The position numbers and the translations under genes were made by a program. The notes beneath the pieces were generated by a model. The model saw only the letters and a program-made list of their open reading frames with translations. It ran no database searches and was not told the DNA's origin. Positions 54,159 to 63,124 of a stretch of 64,000 nt of DNA are shown here, in pieces. The first letter of the stretch is position 1. Every line of letters begins with the position of its first letter. The stretch is from positions 3,421,809 to 3,485,808 of the forward strand of contig CP070661.1 of assembly GCA_020355165.1 (NCBI GenBank), in the 5' to 3' direction. The stretch is from Burkholderiales bacterium. Its GTDB lineage: Bacteria > Pseudomonadota > Gammaproteobacteria > Burkholderiales > Burkholderiaceae_F.

Positions 54159-55128
54159 TGCCCAGCCCTCGCAGGAAGTCGCTGCACTCGCGGTCGAGCG
54201 CGCTCTCGATCGACATCGGTACCCCGCTCACCGGATGACGGAAGCGGGTGGCCCACGCATGCAGGAACATCCGCCCGAAGGGCGCGCCGAACTCGCCGCG
54301 CGCGACCCGCCGGTTCAGTTCGAAGTCGCCGTACTTGTCGTCGCCAACGATCGGGAAGCCGACGTGCGCAAGGTGGACGCGGATCTGATGGGTCCTGCCG
54401 GTCTTTAGTTCCGCCTCCAGCAGAGAGAAGCCGCCGTAGCGGTGGCGCAGGTTGAACACGGTGTGCGCGGCCAGTCCCTCGTCCCGGTCGACCGAGACCC
54501 GACGCTCGCCGCTGCCCGTGGTCCGCTTGGCCAGCGGCAGGCGCACATGCTGCCGGTCGTTGACCCAGTCGCCCGCCACCAGTGCGAGGTAGCGCTTGTC
54601 GACCTGCCCCTCGCGCAGCTGTTCGTGCAGTCCGACCAGCGCCCGCCTGCTCTTGGCCAGCAGCAGGATCCCCGAAGTATCGCGATCGAGCCGGTGCGCC
54701 AGTTCGAGGAAAGGCTGGTCGGGGCGCGCCGCCCGCACCATCTCGATCAGGCCGTGCGCGATGCCGCTGCCGCCGTGCGCTGCCACGCCCGCCGGCTTGT
54801 CGACCGCGATCAGGTGCTCGTCCTCGAAAAGGATCGGCGGCATCTGCGCCGGCGCCGGCCTCGGCCGCGCCGGCGCCAGCCGCAGCGGCGGCACCCGCAC
54901 CTGGTCGCCCTCGGCCAGCCGCTGGCTCGCCGTGGCGCGCGCCTTGTTGACCCGCACCTGGCCGCTGCGAACTATTTGGTAGAGATGGCTCTGCGGCACG
55001 CCCTTCGCCAGCCGCAGCAGGAAGTTGTCCAGGCGCTGGCCGGCCGCTTCCGGTCCGACGGTCACGTAGTTGACCTGGTCGGCGCCCAGCCGGGCTGCCG
55101 CCGGACGTCCCTTGGCGGTGTCGCTCAT
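54151..55128 (-). CDS. rluC: 23S rRNA pseudouridine synthase RluC (RluA family)
   Basis: 325 aa from ATG at 55128. S4 domain (QRLDNFLLRL...VRVN), catalytic Asp block HRLDRDTSGILL, and GRTHQIRVH. Divergent from rne as in E. coli. Confidence 0.88.
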   Translation of the reverse strand: MSDTAKGRPAAARLGADQVNYVTVGPEAAGQRLDNFLLRLAKGVPQSHLYQIVRSGQVRVNKARATASQRLAEGDQVRVPPLRLAPARPRPAPAQMPPILFEDEHLIAVDKPAGVAAHGGSGIAHGLIEMVRAARPDQPFLELAHRLDRDTSGILLLAKSRRALVGLHEQLREGQVDKRYLALVAGDWVNDRQHVRLPLAKRTTGSGERRVSVDRDEGLAAHTVFNLRHRYGGFSLLEAELKTGRTHQIRVHLAHVGFPIVGDDKYGDFELNRRVARGEFGAPFGRMFLHAWATRFRHPVSGVPMSIESALDRECSDFLRGLGSA

Positions 55129-55698
55129 GGTGCCGTTATACTTGCGCGCGCAGGAGTTAGGCGGCGCTGTTGAAGTAGCGGTTGAATATCCCGCCACCGA
55201 GAGGCCGCGTCGGCTTACCGCCGGTCGCGGCCGTGTCGTCCCGACCCTGCAAGAGGGCGCTGATTGTAGCGATGACCGCCTGCAGGCCGGAGGCTCTGTG
55301 CGGCGCGCCGCGGCGCCGGGACGCGACAGCGCGAGTTGGCGAAAGCCGCCCGCGCCGAGCGAATTTGACGGCTGCCGGCGCGTCGTTGCGCCGTGCAGTC
55401 GGGGTTGAAACAAATCGAGCCGCGCCGCCTGCGGGTGTGGCCGGCTCGGCCGGATCGGATTCGTCGCACAGCTTGCCGGCTTTGCCGGCGCTGGTTCACG
55501 CAAGTCAAGGTCGTTTCGTGCCCAGGCCCACCGCATCGTCCGCCCGCTGCCCCGCGCTGCCACCGCGCGCGCCGGCAGAGGGCCGCACCGCCACGGCAGA
55601 CCCGCCGCGGCGCGGCTGCCTCGCGCGTCTCGCCTAGCCTCGCTCGCGGCGTCCTCGATCCGGCACCACCGCGCCATCCTGGCGCAGGGAGTGTTGTG
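55129..55698 (+). promoter_or_regulatory. rluC/rne divergent control region and long GC-rich rne leader
   Basis: A 570-nt non-coding gap, the largest in the window. It contains several short GC palindromes (e.g. GCCGGC-ttt-GCCGGC at 55475-55489). GGGAG Shine-Dalgarno 7 nt before the rne ATG. Confidence 0.45.
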
Positions 55699-58434
55699 AT
55701 GAGGAGGATGCTCTTCAATGCCACCCACCCCGAGGAATTGCGGGTGGCGATCGTCGACGGCCAGCGGCTGGTCGACATCGATATAGAGACCGAGGGCCGC
55801 GAGCAGCGCAAGTCGAACATCTACAAAGGGGTCATCACCCGCGTCGAACCGAGCCTCGAGGCCTGCTTCGTCGACTACGGCGAGGAACGGCACGGCTTTC
55901 TGCCGTTCAAGGAGATCTCGCGCAGCTACTTCCGCGCCGGCGTCGATGTCGGTCGCGCCAGGATCAACGAGGCGGTGCGCGAGGGCGACGAACTGGTCGT
56001 CCAGGTCGAGAAGGAGGAGCGCGGCAGCAAGGGGGCCGCGCTCACCACCTTTGTTTCGCTGGCCGGCCGCTACCTCGTGCTGATGCCGAACAACCCGCGC
56101 GGCGGCGGCGTCTCGCGCCGGATCGAGGGCGAGGACCGGCAGGAGCTGCGCGAGGCCATGGAGAGCCTCGATCTGCCCGCCGGCATGAGCGTGATCGCGC
56201 GTACCGCCGGCATCGGCCGCAGCGCCGAGGAACTGCAGTGGGACCTCAACTACCTGCTGAAGCTGTGGCACGCGATCGCCGACGCAGCCGTGCCCGTTTA
56301 CCGAACCGAGGCCGGCGAATCGACCGCCGAGCCGACGACCGACGGCAGAAAGAACAAGCGGCTGAACGCGGCGCCGTTCCTGATCTTCGAGGAGTCGAGC
56401 CTGGTCATCCGCGCGATCCGCGACTATTTCCACCCGTCGATCGGCGAGATCCTGGTCGACACCGACGAGATCGCGGAACAGGCGCAGCAGTTCATGGCGC
56501 ACGTGATGCCGGACATGGTCGGCCGCGTCAAGCGCTACAAGGACGACATCCCGCTGTTCTCGCGCTTCCAGATCGAGCACCAGATCGAGACGGCGCACTC
56601 GCGCATCGTCCAGCTGCCCTCGGGCGGCTCGATCGTGATCGACCACACCGAGGCACTGGTTTCGATCGACGTGAACTCGGCACGCGCCACCCGCGGCTCC
56701 GACATCGAGGAGACGGCCCTGCGCACCAACCAGGAGGCCGCCGACGAGGCGGCCCGCCAGCTGCGGCTGCGCGACCTCGGCGGCCTGATCGTGATCGACT
56801 TCATCGACATGGAGGAGTCGAAGAACCAGCGCGCGGTCGAGAACAAGCTGAAGGACGCGCTGCACTACGACCGCGCCCGCGTGCAGATGGGCAAGATCTC
56901 GCGCTTCGGCCTGATGGAGCTGTCGCGCCAGCGGCTGCGCCCGGCGCTGTCCGAGGGCAGCCACATCACCTGCCCTCGCTGCAACGGCGTCGGCGTGATC
57001 CGCGACACCGAGAGCTCGGCGCTGCACATCCTGCGCATCATTCAGGAGGAGGCGATGAAGGAGAACACCGCCGCCATCCACGCGCAGGTGCCGGTCGAAG
57101 CGGCCACCTACCTGCTGAACGAGAAACGCGCCGACATCGCCAAGCTGGAGGCGCGGCTGCGCGTGTCGATCGTGCTGATCCCCAACAAGCACCTGGAAAC
57201 GCCGCACTACAAGATCGAACGCCTGCGCCACGACGACGAGCGGCTCGACCTGGCGAGGGCGAGCTACGAGCGCGCCGAGTCGCCGACCATCGACACGCCG
57301 TACGCCGCGGCCACTGCGGCGGAGCGGGCCAAGCCGAAGCAGGAAGCGGTGGTCCGCGGCATCGTGCACGAGACACCGGCGCCGGTTGCGGCGCCGGCGC
57401 CCCCGGTCGAGGCGCCGCCTTCGCCCGCGCCTGGCGCGGCTCCGGCAGCCGCCAGACCGTCGTTCCTGGCGCGACTGTGGCACCTCGTCACCGGCCGAGT
57501 CGAGCCGGAGCAGATCGTCGTCGCGCCGGCGCCGGCCCCGGCGCCGGTGGCCGCCGAGTCTCGCCGATCGAGGCCCGAACGGGCGCCGGAGCGCGGGCGT
57601 GACCGCCGCGGTGGCCGCGGCGGCCGTGGCGAGCGCGGCGAGCGCGGCCAGCGGCGCGAAGGCGTCGAGGAGCGGGAAGGCAGGCCGTCGCGGGCTGCGC
57701 AGGAAGGACAGCGTCCGCCGGGCGCCGAAGCCGCGCCCGCAGGCGCGGAACGCCGGGAACGCGGCGGTCGCGGCGAACGCGATCGGCCCGCACGCACGCC
57801 GCGCGGGAAGCCCGGCGAAACGGCTGCAGCGGCGGCGGAGGTCGAACTCCCGACGGCAGCGGCTCCGGTCCAGGCTGCGCTGACGATCGAGTCGCCGGGC
57901 GCGGCCGCGGACGAGGCAGCAACGGGTGAGGAGCGCCGTCGGCGCCGAGGCCGTCGGCGCCGGGGTCGTGGCGGTCGCGGTGACGCCGAGGGCGCCGATG
58001 TGACGGTCGCCGAAGCGGCCGCCCCTTCGCCCGCAGAGCACCTGACCGCCGCGGAGGCAACGCAAGGTGCACCGGCCGCTGCGCCTGAGCGCGAGGTCGA
58101 AGCACCCGCCGCCCCGGCAGCGGCCGCCGAATCGCGGCCCGCCGCCGAGCCAACGCACGGTGGCGAAGCGATGCCCGCCGCGGCGCCGATCATCGTGCAG
58201 CCGGCGATCTCGCCGGCACCGATGCCGGAGGACGAACTGCGACCGGTGCTCGAAAGTGCCGGGCTGACCCTGGTGCAGACCGAGCCGGCGAAGCTCGCCG
58301 ATGTGCTGGCCCGCTTCGCCAGCGAGGCCAGAGCAGTGCATGTGCCGCGCGAGCGGCCGGCGCTGCCGCCGCTCGACACCGGTCCGCTGATCCAGGTCGA
58401 GACAAGGCAGTCGTCGGCCCCGGCGCGGCACTGA
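55699..58434 (+). CDS. rne: ribonuclease E
   Basis: 911 aa from ATG at 55699 ([24 protein letters not shown]). S1 domain, catalytic core, Zn-link CPRCNGVG, then a low-complexity Ala/Pro/Arg/Glu-rich C-terminal half. Confidence 0.95.
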   Translation: MRRMLFNATHPEELRVAIVDGQRLVDIDIETEGREQRKSNIYKGVITRVEPSLEACFVDYGEERHGFLPFKEISRSYFRAGVDVGRARINEAVREGDELVVQVEKEERGSKGAALTTFVSLAGRYLVLMPNNPRGGGVSRRIEGEDRQELREAMESLDLPAGMSVIARTAGIGRSAEELQWDLNYLLKLWHAIADAAVPVYRTEAGESTAEPTTDGRKNKRLNAAPFLIFEESSLVIRAIRDYFHPSIGEILVDTDEIAEQAQQFMAHVMPDMVGRVKRYKDDIPLFSRFQIEHQIETAHSRIVQLPSGGSIVIDHTEALVSIDVNSARATRGSDIEETALRTNQEAADEAARQLRLRDLGGLIVIDFIDMEESKNQRAVENKLKDALHYDRARVQMGKISRFGLMELSRQRLRPALSEGSHITCPRCNGVGVIRDTESSALHILRIIQEEAMKENTAAIHAQVPVEAATYLLNEKRADIAKLEARLRVSIVLIPNKHLETPHYKIERLRHDDERLDLARASYERAESPTIDTPYAAATAAERAKPKQEAVVRGIVHETPAPVAAPAPPVEAPPSPAPGAAPAAARPSFLARLWHLVTGRVEPEQIVVAPAPAPAPVAAESRRSRPERAPERGRDRRGGRGGRGERGERGQRREGVEEREGRPSRAAQEGQRPPGAEAAPAGAERRERGGRGERDRPARTPRGKPGETAAAAAEVELPTAAAPVQAALTIESPGAAADEAATGEERRRRRGRRRRGRGGRGDAEGADVTVAEAAAPSPAEHLTAAEATQGAPAAAPEREVEAPAAPAAAAESRPAAEPTHGGEAMPAAAPIIVQPAISPAPMPEDELRPVLESAGLTLVQTEPAKLADVLARFASEARAVHVPRERPALPPLDTGPLIQVETRQSSAPARH

Positions 58435-58446
58435 CGGCGCGGCACA

Positions 58447-58467
58447 GCGCACCGCGCCGCGGTGCGC
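58447..58467 (+). terminator. 9-bp GC hairpin 13 nt after the rne stop (terminator-like, no U-tract)
   Basis: GCGCACCGC-gcc-GCGGTGCGC, followed by a second stem GCGCCGAT...ATCGGCGC (58471-58500). Confidence 0.3.
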
Positions 58468-58590
58468 CTGGCGCCGATCGGGGTCGCCCGCCATCGGCGC
58501 GCGGATGCGAAGTCAGCAGGCGGCGCGTGGTCATCGCAGCGACGCGTCGCCTGCCGCGCCGCTAACATCCGCCCCGGGCTTCCTGCACCG

Positions 58591-59688
58591 ATGACCGATC
58601 GCATCATTCCCGTCCTCGATGAGCGCGCGGCGCTGCGCGTGCCTGCCGGCGCCGTCGTCGCTGCCGATGGCCACGTGGCCGACCGGCTGCAGCGCCCGCT
58701 GCGCGACCTCCGCGTCTCGGTGACGGACCGCTGCAATTTCCGCTGCACCTACTGCATGCCGAAGGAGGTCTTCGACAAGGGCTACCGGTTCCTGCCGCAC
58801 GCGGACCTGCTGACCTTCGAGGAGATCACCCGGCTGGCGCGGCTTTTCATCGCCCACGGCGTCGAAAAGATCCGCCTGACCGGCGGCGAGCCGCTGCTGC
58901 GAAAGGACATCGAACGGCTGATCGAGATGCTCGCGCGGCTGCGGACGCGGCACGGCAGGCCGCTCGATTTGACGCTGACCACCAACGGCTCGATCCTGGC
59001 GCGCAAGGCCCGCGCTCTCGCCGCGGCCGGGCTGAAGCGTGTCACCGTCTCGCTCGACGGCCTCGACGATGCCGTCTTCCGCAGGTTGAACGATGCCGAC
59101 TTCCCGGTGAGCGCCGTGCTCGAGGGCATCGCCGCCGCCGCCGATGCCGGGCTTGCCCCGGTCAAGGTCAACATGGTGGTCAAGCGCGGCGTCAACGAGC
59201 ACGAGATCGTGCCGATGGCCCGGCACTTCCGGGGCAGCGGCCATATCGTCCGCTTCATCGAGTTCATGGACGTCGGCAGTTCGAACGGCTGGCGTCTCGA
59301 TGACGTCGTGCCGTCGCGCGAGGTGATCCGCAGGATCGACGCCGAGATGCCGCTCGAGGCGGTCGAACCGAACTACGGCGGCGAGGTGGCCGAGCGCTGG
59401 CGCTACCGCGACGGCGGCGGCGAGATCGGCGTGATCTCGAGCGTCACCCAGGCGTTCTGCCGCGACTGCACGAGAGCGCGGCTGTCGACCGAGGGCCGCC
59501 TGTACCTGTGTCTGTTCGCCACCGGCGGCTACGATCTGCGACAGATGCTGCGCGCTGGCGCCGACGACGCGCGGATCAGCGCCGCGATCGGCAGCATCTG
59601 GCACGTCCGCGGCGATCGATACTCCGAACTGCGCAGTGAGGCAACGGCCGGCCTGCGCAAGATCGAGATGTCGTACATCGGCGGCTAG
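58591..59688 (+). CDS. moaA: GTP 3',8-cyclase (molybdenum cofactor biosynthesis protein A)
   Basis: 365 aa from ATG at 58591. Radical-SAM cluster [15 protein letters not shown], and a C-terminal second cluster CRDC...C. Confidence 0.93.
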   Translation: MTDRIIPVLDERAALRVPAGAVVAADGHVADRLQRPLRDLRVSVTDRCNFRCTYCMPKEVFDKGYRFLPHADLLTFEEITRLARLFIAHGVEKIRLTGGEPLLRKDIERLIEMLARLRTRHGRPLDLTLTTNGSILARKARALAAAGLKRVTVSLDGLDDAVFRRLNDADFPVSAVLEGIAAAADAGLAPVKVNMVVKRGVNEHEIVPMARHFRGSGHIVRFIEFMDVGSSNGWRLDDVVPSREVIRRIDAEMPLEAVEPNYGGEVAERWRYRDGGGEIGVISSVTQAFCRDCTRARLSTEGRLYLCLFATGGYDLRQMLRAGADDARISAAIGSIWHVRGDRYSELRSEATAGLRKIEMSYIGG

Positions 59689-59705
59689 CGGGTCGACAGC
59701 CGGCG

Positions 59706-60302
59706 ATGCCGACGCCCAAGCGCGAGGAGATCACCGGTCTGGTGCTGGCCGGCGGCCGCGGCGCGCGCATGGGCGGCATCGACAAGGGACTGGTCCGGCT
59801 CGGCGCAAGGCCGCTGGTCGAGCGGGTGATCGAGCGGATCGGCCCCCAGGTAGGACGGCTGCTGCTCAGTGCCAATCGCAACATCGACGCCTATCGGGCT
59901 TTCGGCCTGCCCGTGCTGCTCGATGCCGACGAAGGACTCGAGCCGTTTCCCGGCCCGCTCGCCGGCGTACTGGCCGGGCTGCGGGCGGCCAGCACGCCCT
60001 GGCTGGCGGTCGTGCCATGCGACGCGCCGTTCCTGCCGGTGGACCTGGTTAGCCGACTTGCAGCCGCGGTCGGCCACCGGCCTGCCGCCGTCGCCTGGGT
60101 CGGCGCACGCGTCGAGCCGCTCTTTTGCCTGCTGCGCGTCGACCTTGCCGACGAACTCGCCGCCGCGCTGGCCCACGGCGAACGCCGCGCCGAGGCGTGG
60201 CTGCGTGGCGTCGGCGCCGCGGCGGCGGAATTCTCCGAGGCCGACGGCTTCGCCAACCTGAACACGCTGCAGGAAGTGCGCGCCCGCGATGCCGGCCACT
60301 GA
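59706..60302 (+). CDS. mobA: molybdenum cofactor guanylyltransferase
   Basis: 198 aa. Contains LVLAGGRGARMGGIDKGL and VVPCDAPF. Confidence 0.9.
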   Translation: MPTPKREEITGLVLAGGRGARMGGIDKGLVRLGARPLVERVIERIGPQVGRLLLSANRNIDAYRAFGLPVLLDADEGLEPFPGPLAGVLAGLRAASTPWLAVVPCDAPFLPVDLVSRLAAAVGHRPAAVAWVGARVEPLFCLLRVDLADELAAALAHGERRAEAWLRGVGAAAAEFSEADGFANLNTLQEVRARDAGH

Positions 60303-61506
60303 GCTGACGCTGGCCGAGGCGCTCGACGAACTGGTCGGCCGGTTCGCGCCGATCGGTGCCACCGAATCAATCGATGTGAGCGCCGCCGCCGGCCGCGTAC
60401 TGGCCGAGGACGTAGCCTCGCGGCTCGACCTGCCGGCGTTCGACAACTCGGCGATGGACGGCTACGCGCTGCGCCACGAGGACCTGCGGGCGGGTCACTG
60501 GCTGCACGAGATCGGCCGCGCCTACGCCGGTCATCCGTTCGCCGGGCGCGTCGAGACCGGAACCTGCGTGCGCATCATGACCGGTGCGCCGCTGCCCGAC
60601 GGCGCCGACACGGTCGCCATGCTGGAAGACGTGACCCTTGACGGCAGCACGGTCCGGGTCGAGCGGGCGCCACCGCGAGGCGCCAACATCCGCCGGCGCG
60701 GCGAGCACATCGGTGCCGGCGACACCGCGCTGCCGGCCGGTCGCCACCTGCGCGCCGCCGACATCGGCCTGGCCGCCGCGGTCGGCGCCGCGCGGCTCAC
60801 CGTGCGCCGGCGACTGCGCGTCGGCGTGCTGTCCACCGGCGACGAGCTGGCCGACCCGCCGCAGCCGCTTCAGCCCGCCGCCAGCTTCGACGCCAACCGA
60901 CCGCTGCTTGCCGCGAGCCTCGCCCGCCTCGGCTTCGAGCCCCACGACCTCGGCATCTGTGGCGACGCGCCGCCGGCTCTTGCCACGGCGCTCGACGGCG
61001 CGCGCGCGCTGCGCCTCGACGCGGTGGTTGCCAGTGGCGGTGCTGCCCAGGGCGACGCGGACGTCGTGCGGGCCGCCTCCGGTGTGCGCTTCGTGCCGCT
61101 GAACTTCCGGCCCGGCCGCGGCATCGCGGTGGCGAGCATCGACGGTACTGGCGCGCCGATCGCCCTGTTGGGACTGCCCGGTAACGCGGTCGCCGCCTAC
61201 GTGATGTTCCATCTGCTGGTGCGCCCGCTGCTGCTGCACCTGGCCGGCGGCGGAGCCGCCGTCCCGCTTCACCTGCCGCTGCCGCTGGCCAGTGCGGTCC
61301 ACCTGCGTGGCGGCCGCGTCGAGTACCGGCGCGCCCGCTTCGTTCGCGATCCGAAGGGCCGGCTGCAGGTGCAGCCGTTGCGCGACCAGGGCTCGGCGAT
61401 GCTGCGCACCGTCACCGAGGCCGATGCGCTGATCGCGCTCGGTCCCCGCGCGGACTACGCCGAAGGCGACCTCGTCGACACCGTGCCACTGGCGCTGCTC
61501 GATTGA
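60289..61506 (+). CDS. moeA: molybdopterin molybdotransferase
   Basis: 405 aa. Contains FDNSAMDGYA, VRIMTGAPLP, LSTGDEL and LPGNAVAA. 14-nt overlap with mobA. Confidence 0.9.
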   Translation: MPATELTLAEALDELVGRFAPIGATESIDVSAAAGRVLAEDVASRLDLPAFDNSAMDGYALRHEDLRAGHWLHEIGRAYAGHPFAGRVETGTCVRIMTGAPLPDGADTVAMLEDVTLDGSTVRVERAPPRGANIRRRGEHIGAGDTALPAGRHLRAADIGLAAAVGAARLTVRRRLRVGVLSTGDELADPPQPLQPAASFDANRPLLAASLARLGFEPHDLGICGDAPPALATALDGARALRLDAVVASGGAAQGDADVVRAASGVRFVPLNFRPGRGIAVASIDGTGAPIALLGLPGNAVAAYVMFHLLVRPLLLHLAGGGAAVPLHLPLPLASAVHLRGGRVEYRRARFVRDPKGRLQVQPLRDQGSAMLRTVTEADALIALGPRADYAEGDLVDTVPLALLD

Positions 61507-61537
61507 AGCCGCGGTGCGGCCGGAGGCGACCGGCCCG

Positions 61538-62968
61538 TCAGAAGCGCTTCATCAGCTCCAGCATCCGCCGCACCGCCTGACCGTACGGCGGCATGAACAG
61601 ACCCATGCCGTTGAGCTTCGACTGGACGAACACGGGCGTCATCTTGCTGAACGTCTCGAAGCCATGGCGGCCGTGATAGTCGCCCATGCCCGAGGGTCCG
61701 ACGCCGCCGAACGGCAGCTCCTCCTGCGCCACGTGCATGAGCGTCTCGTTGACGCACACGCCGCCGGCCTGGGTGTTGTGCAACGCCCAGGTCGTGCGCT
61801 TCTCGTCCTCGTCGAACCAGTACAGGGCGAGCGGCTTCGGCATCGAGTTGATGCGGGCTACCGCGTCCTCGATCCGCTCGTACGGCACCAGCGGCAGCAG
61901 TGGGCCGAAGATCTCCTCGCGCATGACGTCGAGGGCGGCCGGCGGGTCGATCAGCAGTGCCGGCGCCAGCCGGTGCGCTGCGTTGTCGCGCGCGCGACCG
62001 TCGAACAGCGTCTCGATGCGGACGCCGGCTTCCTTGGCCTGGTCGAGATAGCCGGTGAGCCGCAGGTAGTGGCGCGAATTGATGATCGCGCAGAAGTCGC
62101 GGTTGCCCAGCCCCGCCGGGTACATCCGGCGTGCCTGCGCCCTCGCCTCGCGCACGAACGGCTTGATCATCTGCTGTGGCAGCAGCACGTAGTCGGGCGC
62201 GATGCAGGTCTGCCCCGCATTGAGCAGCTTGCCGGCGAGGATGCGCGTCGCCGCCCGCTGCACCGGATAGTCCGGCGCGACGACCGTCGGCGACTTGCCG
62301 CCGAGTTCGAGAGTGACCGGCGTCAGGTTGGCCGCCGCCGCCGCCATCACGCGCCGGCCGACGGCAGTCGAGCCGGTGAACAGCAGGTGATCGAAGGGCA
62401 GTTCCGAGAACGCCTGCGCCAGCGTCGCGTCGCCGGTGACGACCGCCGCTTCCTCGGGGGCGAAGTACTTCTCGACCAGACGCCTGAACAGCGCCGAGAA
62501 GGCGGGCGTGTACTCCGACATCTTCACCAGCACGCGGTTGCCCGCGACCAGCGCGCCGACCATCGGGCCGACCGCCAGGTACAGCGGGTAGTTCCACGGC
62601 ACGATCACGCCGACCACGCCGAGTGGCCGGGGCTGGATCTCGGCCCGCGCCGGCAGGAACCACTTCGACACCCACACGCGCTCCGGCCTCATCCATCGCT
62701 CGCCGGAGCGCAGCGCGCCGTTGATCTCAGCCAGCGACGGATAGATCTCGGCGATCTGCGTCTCGATCGCCGGACGACCGCCGAAGTCGGCATCGATGGT
62801 GCGCTCGATCTCGTCCTCGTTGTCGCTGACGAGGCGCCGCAGTCGCTGCAGGCGGTCGCGCCGCTCCGGCCACTGCGAGTGCGGGCTTTGGGCGAAGGCG
62901 GCGCGCTGCAGTTCGAACAGGGAGTGCATGTCGGCCGGAATCTCGTCGCGTTTCATCGGTTCGACCAT
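61538..62968 (-). CDS. aldehyde dehydrogenase family protein (coniferyl-aldehyde dehydrogenase-like, class 3)
   Basis: 476 aa. Contains ELGGKSP, catalytic Cys in GQTCIAPDY, and FGGVGPSGMG. Confidence 0.85.
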   Translation of the reverse strand: MVEPMKRDEIPADMHSLFELQRAAFAQSPHSQWPERRDRLQRLRRLVSDNEDEIERTIDADFGGRPAIETQIAEIYPSLAEINGALRSGERWMRPERVWVSKWFLPARAEIQPRPLGVVGVIVPWNYPLYLAVGPMVGALVAGNRVLVKMSEYTPAFSALFRRLVEKYFAPEEAAVVTGDATLAQAFSELPFDHLLFTGSTAVGRRVMAAAAANLTPVTLELGGKSPTVVAPDYPVQRAATRILAGKLLNAGQTCIAPDYVLLPQQMIKPFVREARAQARRMYPAGLGNRDFCAIINSRHYLRLTGYLDQAKEAGVRIETLFDGRARDNAAHRLAPALLIDPPAALDVMREEIFGPLLPLVPYERIEDAVARINSMPKPLALYWFDEDEKRTTWALHNTQAGGVCVNETLMHVAQEELPFGGVGPSGMGDYHGRHGFETFSKMTPVFVQSKLNGMGLFMPPYGQAVRRMLELMKRF

Positions 62969-63074
62969 GTCGGTGACTCACACGAAAGCATGTTAGCGGC
63001 GCACCCTGCCGCAATTGCCGAGCAAGTGCACTAACCCGGGCCCGACGAGCCAGGGCTGCTGGCGCCGCAAGTGC

Positions 63075-63091
63075 TTGTCGCAACGCGACAA
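63075..63091. promoter_or_regulatory. operator-like inverted repeat in the ALDH/nupC divergent region
   Basis: TTGTCGC-aac-GCGACAA with perfect 7-bp arms, 34 nt upstream of the nupC-like ATG. Nearby are GCAATTGC (63011) and CAATTGC (63089), and GCAAGTGC occurs twice (63022, 63067). Confidence 0.3.
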
Positions 63092-63124
63092 TTGCTGCAC
63101 AGTTGGGGCACACTCGCGGCCTCG

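Noticed and set aside
55182-55637. 151-aa ORF (and others) inside the rluC-rne spacer as a possible hidden gene
   Set aside because: It has an Arg/Pro/Ala-rich composition, no Shine-Dalgarno and no recognisable domain. It is more consistent with a non-coding GC-rich leader.
57540-58000. Repetitive GC-rich DNA in rne as a tandem-repeat or CRISPR-like array
   Set aside because: The periodicity comes from Arg-Gly and Ala-Pro-Glu-rich coding sequence in the RNase E scaffold domain. There are no unit-length direct repeats with spacers.
54151-58494. 1447-aa minus-strand ORF
   Set aside because: Only its last 325 codons (from ATG at 55128) are RluC. The upstream 1100 codons are antisense to rne and its leader and are Arg/Gly-rich noise.
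58435-58590. Possible Moco riboswitch upstream of moaA
   Set aside because: I could not find the conserved Moco-motif elements. The spacer contains only two simple GC hairpins that follow the rne stop. A covariance-model search would be needed to exclude it formally.
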